IMG/VR virus record: IMGVR_UViG_3300042484_001031
Coordinates: 62,001-126,000 of that record
DNA: 64,000 bases
Source: an uncultured virus (IMG/VR IMGVR_UViG_3300042484_001031)
Taxonomy: Duplodnaviria; Heunggongvirae; Uroviricota; Caudoviricetes
Strand: one strand, 5' to 3'
Position numbers and translations under genes: made by a program. Below, in pieces: positions 11,214 through 20,935 of the stretch. How positions within the stretch are numbered: position 1 is the first letter of the stretch; each line of letters starts with the position of its first letter. The notes below the pieces were generated by a model. The model saw only the letters and a program-made list of their open reading frames with translations. It was not told where the DNA came from and searched no databases.

Positions 11214-14200
11214 TACGTTGCTACTCCTATCTGTAAATCAGTTATAGTTTGACCGGCTGCCAACGCAATTCTAATTAAAATATTATTACCAAAACTATTA
11301 GCTTGATTCTGTGACCCAAGCGTCATAGTATATCTTACATTTGTTATCTGTGTATTCAATGGTATAACATCTGATCCAGTTAACGCACATCCGTTAGTAC
11401 CAGCTGGGTTTCCACCTGTAGCACTATTACCCGGTACTCCCGCACCGTTATATTGTTCATATCCAGTTAACCATCCGTTAATAGTACTAGTGGGTCCTGG
11501 GAATCCCGGAGTAGGTGATGCGAATCCACCCTTGTCAATTGTTGTGCCAGGTGCCGCTACCCATAAGCCTGATATACCAGTTGACCCTGTAGTTAATATA
11601 ATATCAAAATTAGCTAAACTAGTTCTTACAAATGCAAAAGTAAAATACTGTAACCCTGATCGTCCTGTAGCTAAGTCAGGTCCAATTGGTAAATACCCAG
11701 TAGATAAATCTACAGCATAATGTTTTAACACACCGTATCTAACAACTGCTTCTGGTGTACCTGCAATAGTTTGAGCACCTGACCATACATTGCTAGTATA
11801 ATAATTTGTATTATTACTAAAGACTGGTGTATTACCTGCTGTACTCATTACTATACGAATAGCAGGTTGTGTATTACTTGCTACATTAGCAGGTATATTT
11901 GCTTCATTAAATCCAGAGTTGGCGCCAGCATACATTTGTATTTTAGTAGGCAGTTGAATTGTTGTGCTAGTACCAACAACGTTGAATATATTTGCCGCTA
12001 ATGTTGATACTCCGTTAACTGCACCGTTAACTAATACGTTGAGATTACCCATTGAATAGTTAGTTGATATACCTATGTTAGCTTTAACATTTGATCCAGT
12101 CAACATAGAGTTAGCACTATTATCAATCTGTGCTAATGTTTTAGTTTGTGTAGATATAACTGATCCAGAACCTTCATATGATGTACCAGATGCTACCGTG
12201 AATGGGTCAGCACTACGGAATGTTTGTCCTGTAAAGTTTTGTAATTCTAAATTAGCGACTGTAATTGCAGGAGATCCAGTAGCACTATAATATGGAATAC
12301 CTGAAATGTATCTAAATGTTCCTGAAGTAGCAGTAACCATCGCTGTATTCGTAGTAACTAAGGTTGGTGCAGAATTTAAGTTGTCTTTTACCATTCCAAT
12401 AGTATTAGTATTACCTGTAGTTGAATGACGTAATTGGAAATCATTGTAACCATTACCTAAACTAGCTAGTGTATTGCTAATCGTAGCAGAGAATACTTTG
12501 TAGAATCCTGTAGGAACAGCGGTATTTGCTACATGTAAATCTCTGTCGGCTGATACTACTAATGAACTGTATGTTCCAACAGCATTTCCACTAGTACTGA
12601 ATGAAGTGTTGCCGGCTTCTGCATTATTTACATAGGCAGTTAATGTACCGGTAAGTGCTGTATTTGCATTTGTTACTTGTGTGCTGGTTGATACTGGTGT
12701 AGTTGTAGCTATACGGGTAACTGCTGTACCATTAGCTAATATATTTCCGCCAGTATTATCAGCCGCTCCTGCCGCTAATAATGGGCTAGTACCTTGACTA
12801 GCTGTAGCGATAGTAACATTAGTGAAACTACTTAGATTAGAAGGAGCTGTTGGATTAGCTAAAATAGTAATATAATTTGTTTTTGTATTTGTATTACTTT
12901 GTAACGTGGTGCCTGGAGTACCGTTTGCTTGTAATGCAACTGTTTTACCACCAATAGTAGGTGATCCATAATCGTTAAGATATGAGTGTGTAATATTAGC
13001 ACGACTTGTTACACCACTGTTACTTGTAGTGTCACCCCATGACCAATTAAACACATTACCAGTAAAGTTAACGTTAGGTGATGTATCATTACTGAAGTTA
13101 AACAAGCTTCTATCACGACCTAAATAGTCAGTAAACAAGTAACCAACTTGAGCATTAGAAGTATATCCTGTAGCGTCAGTTTGAGTATTAGCGGTTCCTG
13201 TAAAGTTAGCTCTAACTTCTGGTTCAACTGTAATTGTAATATTACTAGATATGAACGGGCTAGTACTAAATCCTGTATACAATGAAAGATTTGCTACATA
13301 ACTTACTGTGGTAGCCGCATTCTGTTGTACTGAACTTAACGCAAATGCATGAGTAATATTAGCCGCTCCTGGGTTACCAGCAAGTCCAGTTTGAATATTA
13401 ATGTTACTATTAGCTGTACCATCTCCCCAACGGAAGTTATATAATTGTTGTGCACCAAAACTAGCAGTATTACCTGGACTGCCAGGAGTATCATTTCTGA
13501 AACTAATTACACCACCTGAGGTAGCAAGATAGTTAATAGTTGAAGTAGAATTAGCTGTAAATGCCGGGCTTTGCGGAGAATATACTTTAACATTAGTATT
13601 CGCTGTTGTAACACTATACGGAGGCGCATTACCTGCTGTCTGGTTTGTACCAGTTAAATTAATTCCATATATAGAATCAACATTGGCAGAATTAATGTAT
13701 TGATGAGAATCAGTTGTCCATGAATTACCAGGATTAACAGCAGTATTGCCATCACCATAATTAATTGTAAATGATGTAGCATACAAACTTGTATTAGTTA
13801 ATGTAACATTACTACCAGTATCTAAACTAGTTGGACTAGCTGTAAATGATGGTATTGGTAATGGTGTGAACAGTGTTATGAAATTAGTATTAATTGAAGT
13901 AGCGGTTGAGCCTTTTGCTCCATTGGCTGCATTACCTCCATATGTACCATTTACATTGAATGCTGTAAATGTAACTGTAAATTGTCCACCTAATACATTA
14001 CTATATGTTTTTGTAGGATTACGTAAAGTGCTAGTTGTGCCGTCACCAAAATTCCAAAGATAATTAGTAGGATTGCCAATATAGTTTCCAGTAAATGCCA
14101 CTGATAACGGACTAGGCCCTGATGTTACATTAGCACCAATGTATATATTACCTACAAAAGTATTTCCAGCAATATTTAAACTAACCTGATTCAAATCATC

Positions 14201-17200
14201 TAATCCATCAGTAACATATGTACTAGTAGTCCATCCGTTATACGCAACATTAGTTGTTAAGTCACTATCAGATGGTGTACCTAATGGAATAAGATTACCT
14301 GTAACTCCGGCTATGCTACCACCGCTAATCCAAGACAGGTTACCGGTGCCGTCAGTACCTAATACGTATCCAGTAACTCCTCCAGTAATATGTACATTAG
14401 TAACATTACCCAATGCTACATTAGCTGTGTTTGCAAAATTTATATTACCAGTAGATGTTAAACCAGTTAGATTGCCCACGCTTGTTAAATTACTAGTAGT
14501 AATATTTGAATTTAATGTTGTGCCTGATAAGTTAGCGGCATTAGCAGTAATTGCTACATTACTTGCGGCAGTTAACTGACCTTGTGGATTAACCGTAAAT
14601 GTAGCAACAGCATCGCCGTCACCATATGAACCAGCCGTTACTGCTGTATTAGATATACTAAATTCAGTACCATTTAATGTTAAACCAGTGCCTGCTGTGT
14701 ATGAACCTGCACCAGAGAACTGAACAAATATAATTGGTGTTGTGCCCATTGTAACTGGTGAGTTTGTTGTACAGACCCAACCAGTATCAGCTAATGTTGT
14801 ACCATGCTCAACAAAAGTAAATGCTCCTGGAATTTCACCACTCGGTGAACCGTTGTCAAAATCAGTAGTTCTAGTTAATACAAAAACTGAACTAGCACTT
14901 CCTGGATCAGTAACTAGATAGATACCGTTATAAGGATCATTTGCCCCTGTTTCATTTTTAATTAATACACGACTGTTAATACTTGGATAACCACTATCAA
15001 GTGTTAATTCTCCATTACTAGTTGCAGTAATAGTTGCCCCGACACCGCTTGCTCCGTTATTATATGTATATGCTGGAAGTGCTGTTGTACTAGCATAGGT
15101 TACAGATGCCTTAGGATCTAGGCCTTGTGCAACTAAATCAACATATTGTTTTGTTGCGGCATCTTGATTATTTACAGGTTCAGCAAGACTTGTAATGTTC
15201 CTGTTGTTCATGTTTACATTGGCGCCAAAACTACCTGCACCAGTAGCAATTAAATTAGTTGTTCCTAAATTAGCAACATTAGCATTACCAGTAAAGGTAG
15301 CTGTATTACCCGTTAAATCAAACGCAAAATTAGCATAGTTTGCTTTTACTAAGTTACCTAAATTAGCATTTGCTGAAGTTAAATTGCCACTAAAATTAGC
15401 AATATTACCATTGACTTCATATGCAACGTTTACATAATTAGCTATTGCCAAGTTACCTAGATTAGCATTTAATGAAGTTAAATTACCAATAAAGGTAGCA
15501 GTATTGCCTTCAAGGTGATAAGAGACATTTACATAATTTGCTGTTGCTAGATTACCTAAATTAGCGTTACCTGAGGTAAGATTAGCAGTAATATTTGCAT
15601 TACCGTTTACTAGTATTCCAGTAGATGAAATAACAACTACATTACTAACAGTGTCTGAACTTATATTAATATTTGCATTTGCATCTACTATAATGCTACT
15701 ACTACCATTTACGATACTAGCTGTATTAGAATTACCTGTACCTATTACAGTAAACGTACCACCTAATGGGTTTGTTAATGTAATTCCGTTTGACCCTGAC
15801 GTAATAGTAGATCCGTTTAGGTCAATTGTATTACCTGATATATATAAATCATTCCAACGTTGTGTTGGACTACCTAAATTGTATGTTAGATTAGAACTTG
15901 GTACTAAATTTCCAGCAACAGTTAAATTAGATTCTGTTACAGTTAATGTTGTGCTACCATTAGCAGTAAGAGTTATATTACCGTTTACTAACGGAATTTC
16001 TACATAACTATTACCATTGGCAAATCTACCTATAAAATTACTAGCAGTTACATTGCCAGTTGCAGTAATATTTCCGCCAATTATAACAACATTAGATACT
16101 AGATTACCTATAGTTAAATCTGTTAAATTACCTACGCTAGTAATGTTTGATTGATTACTTGCGGTAACATAACCAGAGAAAGATGAATAGTTTGCATTTG
16201 CTACATCTCCGGTAACATTAGCACCTTGGATATTACTTAAATTGTTTCCTGATCCAATAAAGAAATTTGCAGTTACTGCATTACCTAAATTAGCATTTAA
16301 CGAAATTAAATTACCACTGAAGTTAGCTATATTACCATTTAGATCATATACAACATTTACATAATTAGCGGTAGCTAAATTACCTAAATTAGCATTATTA
16401 AATTGTGTATTTCCTAATACTGTTAATAAATTAGTAGTATTATTGAATGTTAGATTAGCACTGGCACCAAATTCACTATTATCATTAAATTGAAGTTGTG
16501 TGTTATTTCCGGCTGGGTTTCCACCTAAATCCCAAGGACTACCATTTGAATATAATAAATTATCTGTACGTAAATTACCTACGTTTGCTGTATCAGTTAC
16601 AAACAAATTGCTTGAAACGTTTACAAAGTTTGCTGTTAGTAGATTACCTAAATTAGCATTACCCGAAGTGATATTACCATCAACTGTTAAACTTGTTAAG
16701 TTGCCAACACTTGTAATATTAGGTTGAGCATTTGTATATACTGTACCTGCAACTAATGCATTGGCTGCTTGACCGGTAACATTGGCTCCATTAATTGATG
16801 ATAATCCAGAACCGTTTCCTGTAATATTAGTAACAGATAGTGTATTAGTATTGTAATCAAATGTAAAGTTTGCGCTAGCACTAAATGCGTTATTATTATT
16901 AAATTGAACTTGTGTATTACTACCAGCCGCATTAGTTGTGAATACGTAGGGTGTACCATTTGCATATAAAATACTATCTGTTTTAAGAGTACCTGTAGTA
17001 GTATTACCCTGAACGGTTATTCCCTCAGTAGTGATAATAGCTACATTAGATGTGCCATTTACACTGGCTGTAATATTACCACCAACTGTTGCAATATCTA
17101 CATTACTATTACCATTACTAATGGCTGATCCGGTACCAGGAGGTGACCATTGAATTACGCCATTACCGTCTGTAGTTAATAAATATCCAGAACTACCACC

Positions 17201-17545
17201 TGTAATTGTTATGTTAGATACTGGTCCTAAATTACTTAACCTAGTAACGTTTATGCTTGGAACTGTAAGTAGATTAGTTGCAGCCTCAAATGTTAAATTT
17301 GCACTACCGTCAAACTGTCCATTACTATTATATTGTAAGCTATTATTAGGACCAAATGGGTTTCCACCTGCATTAAAAGGTCTTCCATTGGCATAATAAT
17401 AATTAGCGGCATATACACTATGTACAGCCACGTTACCATTGGCATTTAATACGTTAGTAATTATATTGCCATTGGCATCAATTACTGGTACAGGTGGTAT
17501 ACCTACTGAGTATCCACCGAACGAATTAAAGTTATCTACTGCCAT
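11213..17545 (-). CDS. Very large fibre/adhesin-like virion protein with PKD-like domains (2110 aa)
   Basis: Shared fibre modules in the N-terminal half; PKD signature YLWNFGDGTTSTLRNPTKTY plus further (Y/W)GDG-type units in the C-terminal half. Confidence 0.75.
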   Translation of the reverse strand: MAVDNFNSFGGYSVGIPPVPVIDANGNIITNVLNANGNVAVHSVYAANYYYANGRPFNAGGNPFGPNNSLQYNSNGQFDGSANLTFEAATNLLTVPSINVTRLSNLGPVSNITITGGSSGYLLTTDGNGVIQWSPPGTGSAISNGNSNVDIATVGGNITASVNGTSNVAIITTEGITVQGNTTTGTLKTDSILYANGTPYVFTTNAAGSNTQVQFNNNNAFSASANFTFDYNTNTLSVTNITGNGSGLSSINGANVTGQAANALVAGTVYTNAQPNITSVGNLTSLTVDGNITSGNANLGNLLTANFVNVSSNLFVTDTANVGNLRTDNLLYSNGSPWDLGGNPAGNNTQLQFNDNSEFGASANLTFNNTTNLLTVLGNTQFNNANLGNLATANYVNVVYDLNGNIANFSGNLISLNANLGNAVTANFFIGSGNNLSNIQGANVTGDVANANYSSFSGYVTASNQSNITSVGNLTDLTIGNLVSNVVIIGGNITATGNVTASNFIGRFANGNSYVEIPLVNGNITLTANGSTTLTVTESNLTVAGNLVPSSNLTYNLGSPTQRWNDLYISGNTIDLNGSTITSGSNGITLTNPLGGTFTVIGTGNSNTASIVNGSSSIIVDANANINISSDTVSNVVVISSTGILVNGNANITANLTSGNANLGNLATANYVNVSYHLEGNTATFIGNLTSLNANLGNLAIANYVNVAYEVNGNIANFSGNLTSANANLGNLVKANYANFAFDLTGNTATFTGNANVANLGTTNLIATGAGSFGANVNMNNRNITSLAEPVNNQDAATKQYVDLVAQGLDPKASVTYASTTALPAYTYNNGASGVGATITATSNGELTLDSGYPSINSRVLIKNETGANDPYNGIYLVTDPGSASSVFVLTRTTDFDNGSPSGEIPGAFTFVEHGTTLADTGWVCTTNSPVTMGTTPIIFVQFSGAGSYTAGTGLTLNGTEFSISNTAVTAGSYGDGDAVATFTVNPQGQLTAASNVAITANAANLSGTTLNSNITTSNLTSVGNLTGLTSTGNINFANTANVALGNVTNVHITGGVTGYVLGTDGTGNLSWISGGSIAGVTGNLIPLGTPSDSDLTTNVAYNGWTTSTYVTDGLDDLNQVSLNIAGNTFVGNIYIGANVTSGPSPLSVAFTGNYIGNPTNYLWNFGDGTTSTLRNPTKTYSNVLGGQFTVTFTAFNVNGTYGGNAANGAKGSTATSINTNFITLFTPLPIPSFTASPTSLDTGSNVTLTNTSLYATSFTINYGDGNTAVNPGNSWTTDSHQYINSANVDSIYGINLTGTNQTAGNAPPYSVTTANTNVKVYSPQSPAFTANSTSTINYLATSGGVISFRNDTPGSPGNTASFGAQQLYNFRWGDGTANSNINIQTGLAGNPGAANITHAFALSSVQQNAATTVSYVANLSLYTGFSTSPFISSNITITVEPEVRANFTGTANTQTDATGYTSNAQVGYLFTDYLGRDRSLFNFSNDTSPNVNFTGNVFNWSWGDTTSNSGVTSRANITHSYLNDYGSPTIGGKTVALQANGTPGTTLQSNTNTKTNYITILANPTAPSNLSSFTNVTIATASQGTSPLLAAGAADNTGGNILANGTAVTRIATTTPVSTSTQVTNANTALTGTLTAYVNNAEAGNTSFSTSGNAVGTYSSLVVSADRDLHVANTAVPTGFYKVFSATISNTLASLGNGYNDFQLRHSTTGNTNTIGMVKDNLNSAPTLVTTNTAMVTATSGTFRYISGIPYYSATGSPAITVANLELQNFTGQTFRSADPFTVASGTSYEGSGSVISTQTKTLAQIDNSANSMLTGSNVKANIGISTNYSMGNLNVLVNGAVNGVSTLAANIFNVVGTSTTIQLPTKIQMYAGANSGFNEANIPANVASNTQPAIRIVMSTAGNTPVFSNNTNYYTSNVWSGAQTIAGTPEAVVRYGVLKHYAVDLSTGYLPIGPDLATGRSGLQYFTFAFVRTSLANFDIILTTGSTGISGLWVAAPGTTIDKGGFASPTPGFPGPTSTINGWLTGYEQYNGAGVPGNSATGGNPAGTNGCALTGSDVIPLNTQITNVRYTMTLGSQNQANSFGNNILIRIALAAGQTITDLQIGVAT

Positions 17546-17572
17546 CTAGTATCCTGAATAATAGTTATTATA

Positions 17573-17580
17573 TATTTATC
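17573..17580 (-). promoter_or_regulatory. Late promoter motif (GATAAATA) for the fibre cluster
   Basis: Intergenic, upstream of the AGGA RBS and ATG at 17545. Confidence 0.6.
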
Positions 17581-17642
17581 TTTTCCTAGTCAGTAAAAAG
17601 CATGAAAAAAGCACCCTGGAGATCTTTTTCTCTAAATACAAT

Positions 17643-18008
17643 ATGTTAACAAGACAACCATCAAGACCACTATGTGAAAATTGTAAAGTAACATTGGCAA
17701 AGGCTAATGGTATAAGCAAACATGGCTTTAATAAATGGCACAAGTATTGTGTTGAATGTAGTAAAGCCGCATACAATCCAAAGCACGGTTATCTATTACA
17801 TAAGAAAAATAAATGTGAGAAGTGTGGTTTTATACCAGAAGATAAATGTCAACTTGATATTGTTTATAAAGATAACAATAAAAAGAATAAAGAAAAAAGT
17901 AACTTGAAAACACTATGTGCCAATTGTAATAGAGTGTACCAAAAAAAATTAAAAGAAAAACAAAAATCTATATTAGATATTACTGTTGACACTGACTATA
18001 CGTTATAG
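17643..18008 (+). CDS. Zn-binding protein with a degenerate HNH-like C-terminal motif
   Basis: Four CxxC pairs; QLDIVYKDNNKKNKEKSNLKTLCANCNR follows the HNH pattern but lacks the histidines. CTAAATA lies 4 nt before the ATG. Confidence 0.65.
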   Translation: MLTRQPSRPLCENCKVTLAKANGISKHGFNKWHKYCVECSKAAYNPKHGYLLHKKNKCEKCGFIPEDKCQLDIVYKDNNKKNKEKSNLKTLCANCNRVYQKKLKEKQKSILDITVDTDYTL

Positions 18009-18932
18009 ATTACCAGTGTCTGTTGATGGGAACGCTCTGCCCTCTCCCCATATAATTCGTACTGCACCCGGGCCGCCTCTTCCAGCATTAGTATTTTGGG
18101 CGCCACCTTGTCTGCCCCCGGCGCCACCTCCTCCGTAATAACCACCCATTTGATAAGTGGTCTCTGGGTAATTAGCGGCAGTGTAAGCAGGATTTTGACC
18201 TTGTCCATATGGATATCCAGCGCCTCCGCTAGATCCACCGGCGCCTGCAGCACGGCTACCGACTCCCCCTGCTCCATTAGATCCTTGACCATATATACCA
18301 ACACCACCGCCCGGCCCACCTGACAGGACACTGCCGCTAGCTCCACTAGCTCCTCCACCTCCACCTCCACCTGTACCGGCGGCGCCGTTAACGGCTGCAC
18401 CACTCAAACCCGTGCCTCCATTACCACCATTACCAGAATATCCACCGGCGCCACCGGCACCTGGAAAATAATTTGTGGTGCCACCACTTCCGCCATTACC
18501 GCCTCCGTCGCCAGTATAGCCACCACCACCTCCACCTCCGCCAAAATTTGGAGTTGCTCCTCCTCCACCAGCGCCTAAAACTAAACTAGAATTATTAAAC
18601 CAACTTGATTCGCCACCACCACCATTATAGTTTCCACCACTAAAGAACCCACCTCTTCCACCATTTCCAACTACAACAGTATAGCTTACACCCGGAGTTA
18701 CTGCAATATTGTTTTTCCAACCTAGACCGCCACCTCCACCACCCGGCGCCCAATCAACTGTAGTATTTGCTAACGCTCCGCCACCCCCGCCACCTACTGC
18801 TACTGCACAAACTGATGTTACATTAGGTGGACATACCCATGAATATGTCCCGACTGCAATAAATTCGGTCTGCGCAGGAGCTGTATATGTAACTGTTAAT
18901 CCAGCTGGTAAAGTTATACCACTAATTATCAT
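18003..18932 (-). CDS. Glycine-rich virion-associated protein (309 aa)
   Basis: SWVCPPNVTSVCAVAVGGGGGG...PGVSYTVVVGNGG...GAVRIIWG pattern typical of phage Gly-rich fibre/adhesin domains. Confidence 0.7.
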   Translation of the reverse strand: MIISGITLPAGLTVTYTAPAQTEFIAVGTYSWVCPPNVTSVCAVAVGGGGGGALANTTVDWAPGGGGGGLGWKNNIAVTPGVSYTVVVGNGGRGGFFSGGNYNGGGGESSWFNNSSLVLGAGGGGATPNFGGGGGGGGYTGDGGGNGGSGGTTNYFPGAGGAGGYSGNGGNGGTGLSGAAVNGAAGTGGGGGGGASGASGSVLSGGPGGGVGIYGQGSNGAGGVGSRAAGAGGSSGGAGYPYGQGQNPAYTAANYPETTYQMGGYYGGGGAGGRQGGAQNTNAGRGGPGAVRIIWGEGRAFPSTDTGNL

Positions 18933-18976
18933 TATAAGTTACCAGTATTAGTTGATACTTCAAATACTATTGGCAT
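18932..18976 (-). pseudogene. 14-codon fusion remnant MPIVFEVSTNTGNL (deletion scar)
   Basis: Starts with the RBS and first six codons of the propeller genes; ends like the Gly-rich gene (STDTGNL*); its stop overlaps the next ATG. Confidence 0.75.
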
Positions 18977-19003
18977 AATTGTTATTCCTTAAAAAATTGT
19001 TGC

Positions 19004-19945
19004 TTAACCGTAACTTGCGGCTGCTAGATAACCTCTTGCTGTACCAACACCAGTAACATCAGTACCTACTACACCCGTATTTGTTACTAGGTTAGTTATT
19101 GATTGCCGGCCGGCTCCGCCAGTAGTGCCATATCCAAATATAGCCTTATCAGTGCCATAACCTGCAGCAGCTGGATATAATCTAGCAGTACCTACGCCAG
19201 TTGTATCATTAGCAACTACACCTGTGTTTGATACTAGATTGGTTATTGCTGTTACACCACTATTGCCTTGTCCATATCCGAATATAGCTTTATCACTACC
19301 ATATCCTGCAGCCGCTAATTGATTTCTAGCAGTACCAACTCCGGTAACATCTGTTGAAACTACACCGGTGTTTGATACTAAATTTGTCATTGATAGAACA
19401 CCGGATGCATCACCATAACCAAATATAGCTTTATCACCGCCATAATCTGCGGCTGTTGGACCATTTCTAGCAGTACCAACACCTGCAGTATCATTAGATA
19501 CTACACCTGTATTTGATACTAAATTGGTTATTGACTGATTGCTAGTACTATAGCCATATCCAAATATAGCTTTATCTGTACCATATCCGGCTGCCGCTAA
19601 ACTATACCTAGCAGTACCAACACCAGCAGTATCATTTGCTACTACACCGGTATTTGATACTAAATTGGTTACCGATTGATTAGTGTAAGTAGGAGGACCA
19701 AGTAGACCGTATCCAAATATAGCTTTATCTCCCCCATACCCGGCGGCTGCAAGAGCCCATCTAGCAGTACCTACGCCAGTTGTATCATTAGCAACTACAC
19801 CTGTGTTTGATACTAAATTGGTTATTGATGTTGGTCCAGCACTTATATCACCGTAACCAAATATAGCTTTTTTACCCACCGGCGCTACATATGGTTCAAT
19901 ACTAATCCCACCTGATATAGTTGCACCTTCAAATATTATTGGCAT
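19004..19945 (-). CDS. Six-repeat Kelch-like beta-propeller protein, paralog 3
   Basis: 6 x ~47-aa repeat KAIFGYG-var-TNLVSNTGVV..DT.GVGTAR-xxx-AAAGYG.D; N-terminal MPIIFEGATISGGISIEPY. Confidence 0.75.
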   Translation of the reverse strand: MPIIFEGATISGGISIEPYVAPVGKKAIFGYGDISAGPTSITNLVSNTGVVANDTTGVGTARWALAAAGYGGDKAIFGYGLLGPPTYTNQSVTNLVSNTGVVANDTAGVGTARYSLAAAGYGTDKAIFGYGYSTSNQSITNLVSNTGVVSNDTAGVGTARNGPTAADYGGDKAIFGYGDASGVLSMTNLVSNTGVVSTDVTGVGTARNQLAAAGYGSDKAIFGYGQGNSGVTAITNLVSNTGVVANDTTGVGTARLYPAAAGYGTDKAIFGYGTTGGAGRQSITNLVTNTGVVGTDVTGVGTARGYLAAASYG

Positions 19946-19972
19946 AATTGTTATTCCTTAAAAAATTGTTGG

Positions 19973-20914
19973 TTAACCGTAACTTGCGGCTGCTAATCCA
20001 TATCTTGCAGTACCAACGCCTGTAGTATCTGTTGCTACTACACCGGTGTTTGATACTAAGTTGGTCATTGATAATCCATCACCACCACCTAAATAAGGAT
20101 TATAACCATATCCAAAGATAGCTTTATCTGTGCCATAACCTGCGGCTGCAAGCCTTTCCCTAGCAGTACCTACTCCAGTTGTATCACTTGCAACTACTCC
20201 GGTATTTGATACTAGGTTGGTCATGGATAATTGAGAGCCAACACCATTGCCTCCATAACCAAAAATAGCTTTATCAGTTCCATATCCGGCAGCGGAAGGA
20301 TATTGTCTAGCAGTACCAACACCTGCTGTATCAGTTGCAACAACACCTGTATTAGTTACTAGGTTAGTTATCGCTGTATTTGTCCCGGTATATCCATATC
20401 CAAATATAGCTTTATCAGTGCCATAACCTGCGGCTGCTAGATAATATCTAGCAGTACCTACGCCTGTTGTATCAGTAGCAACAACTCCGGTGTTTGAAAC
20501 TAAGTTAGTCATTGATACTGCTACAATAGTATATCCATATCCAAATATAGCTTTATCAGTACCATAACCAGCTCCCGCTAAAAGCCATCTAGAAGTACCA
20601 ACACCTGCGGTATCTGTAGCTACTACTCCGGTATTTGATACTAGATTAGTTAGTGATACAGTAGTGCTACCATTATTTCCATATCCAAATATAGCTTTAT
20701 CTGTGCCATAACCTGCGCCTGCAAGATATCGTCTAGCAGTACCAACACCTGTTGTATCAGTTGCAACAACACCTGTATTACTTACTAGGTTGGTCATTGA
20801 TACAACAACAGTTGTCAATCCATATCCAAATATAGCCTTACTACCCGCCGGTGGTATATACGGTTCAATGCTAATCCCACCCGATATAGTTGCACCTTCA
20901 AATACTATTGGCAT
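19973..20914 (-). CDS. Six-repeat Kelch-like beta-propeller protein, paralog 2
   Basis: Same repeat and N-terminal leader as its neighbours. Confidence 0.75.
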   Translation of the reverse strand: MPIVFEGATISGGISIEPYIPPAGSKAIFGYGLTTVVVSMTNLVSNTGVVATDTTGVGTARRYLAGAGYGTDKAIFGYGNNGSTTVSLTNLVSNTGVVATDTAGVGTSRWLLAGAGYGTDKAIFGYGYTIVAVSMTNLVSNTGVVATDTTGVGTARYYLAAAGYGTDKAIFGYGYTGTNTAITNLVTNTGVVATDTAGVGTARQYPSAAGYGTDKAIFGYGGNGVGSQLSMTNLVSNTGVVASDTTGVGTARERLAAAGYGTDKAIFGYGYNPYLGGGDGLSMTNLVSNTGVVATDTTGVGTARYGLAAASYG

Positions 20915-20935
20915 AATTGTTATTCCTTAAAAAAT

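Noticed and set aside
1016..17396. Many plus-strand ORFs (up to 353 aa) opposite the fibre genes
   Set aside because: They are in-register antisense shadows of repetitive Gly/Asn/Thr codons (LP/VP/AV-rich), with no RBS or motifs.
17996..18403. 135-aa alternative-frame ORF within the Gly-rich gene
   Set aside because: Frame-shifted reading of GGN runs; no independent start signals.
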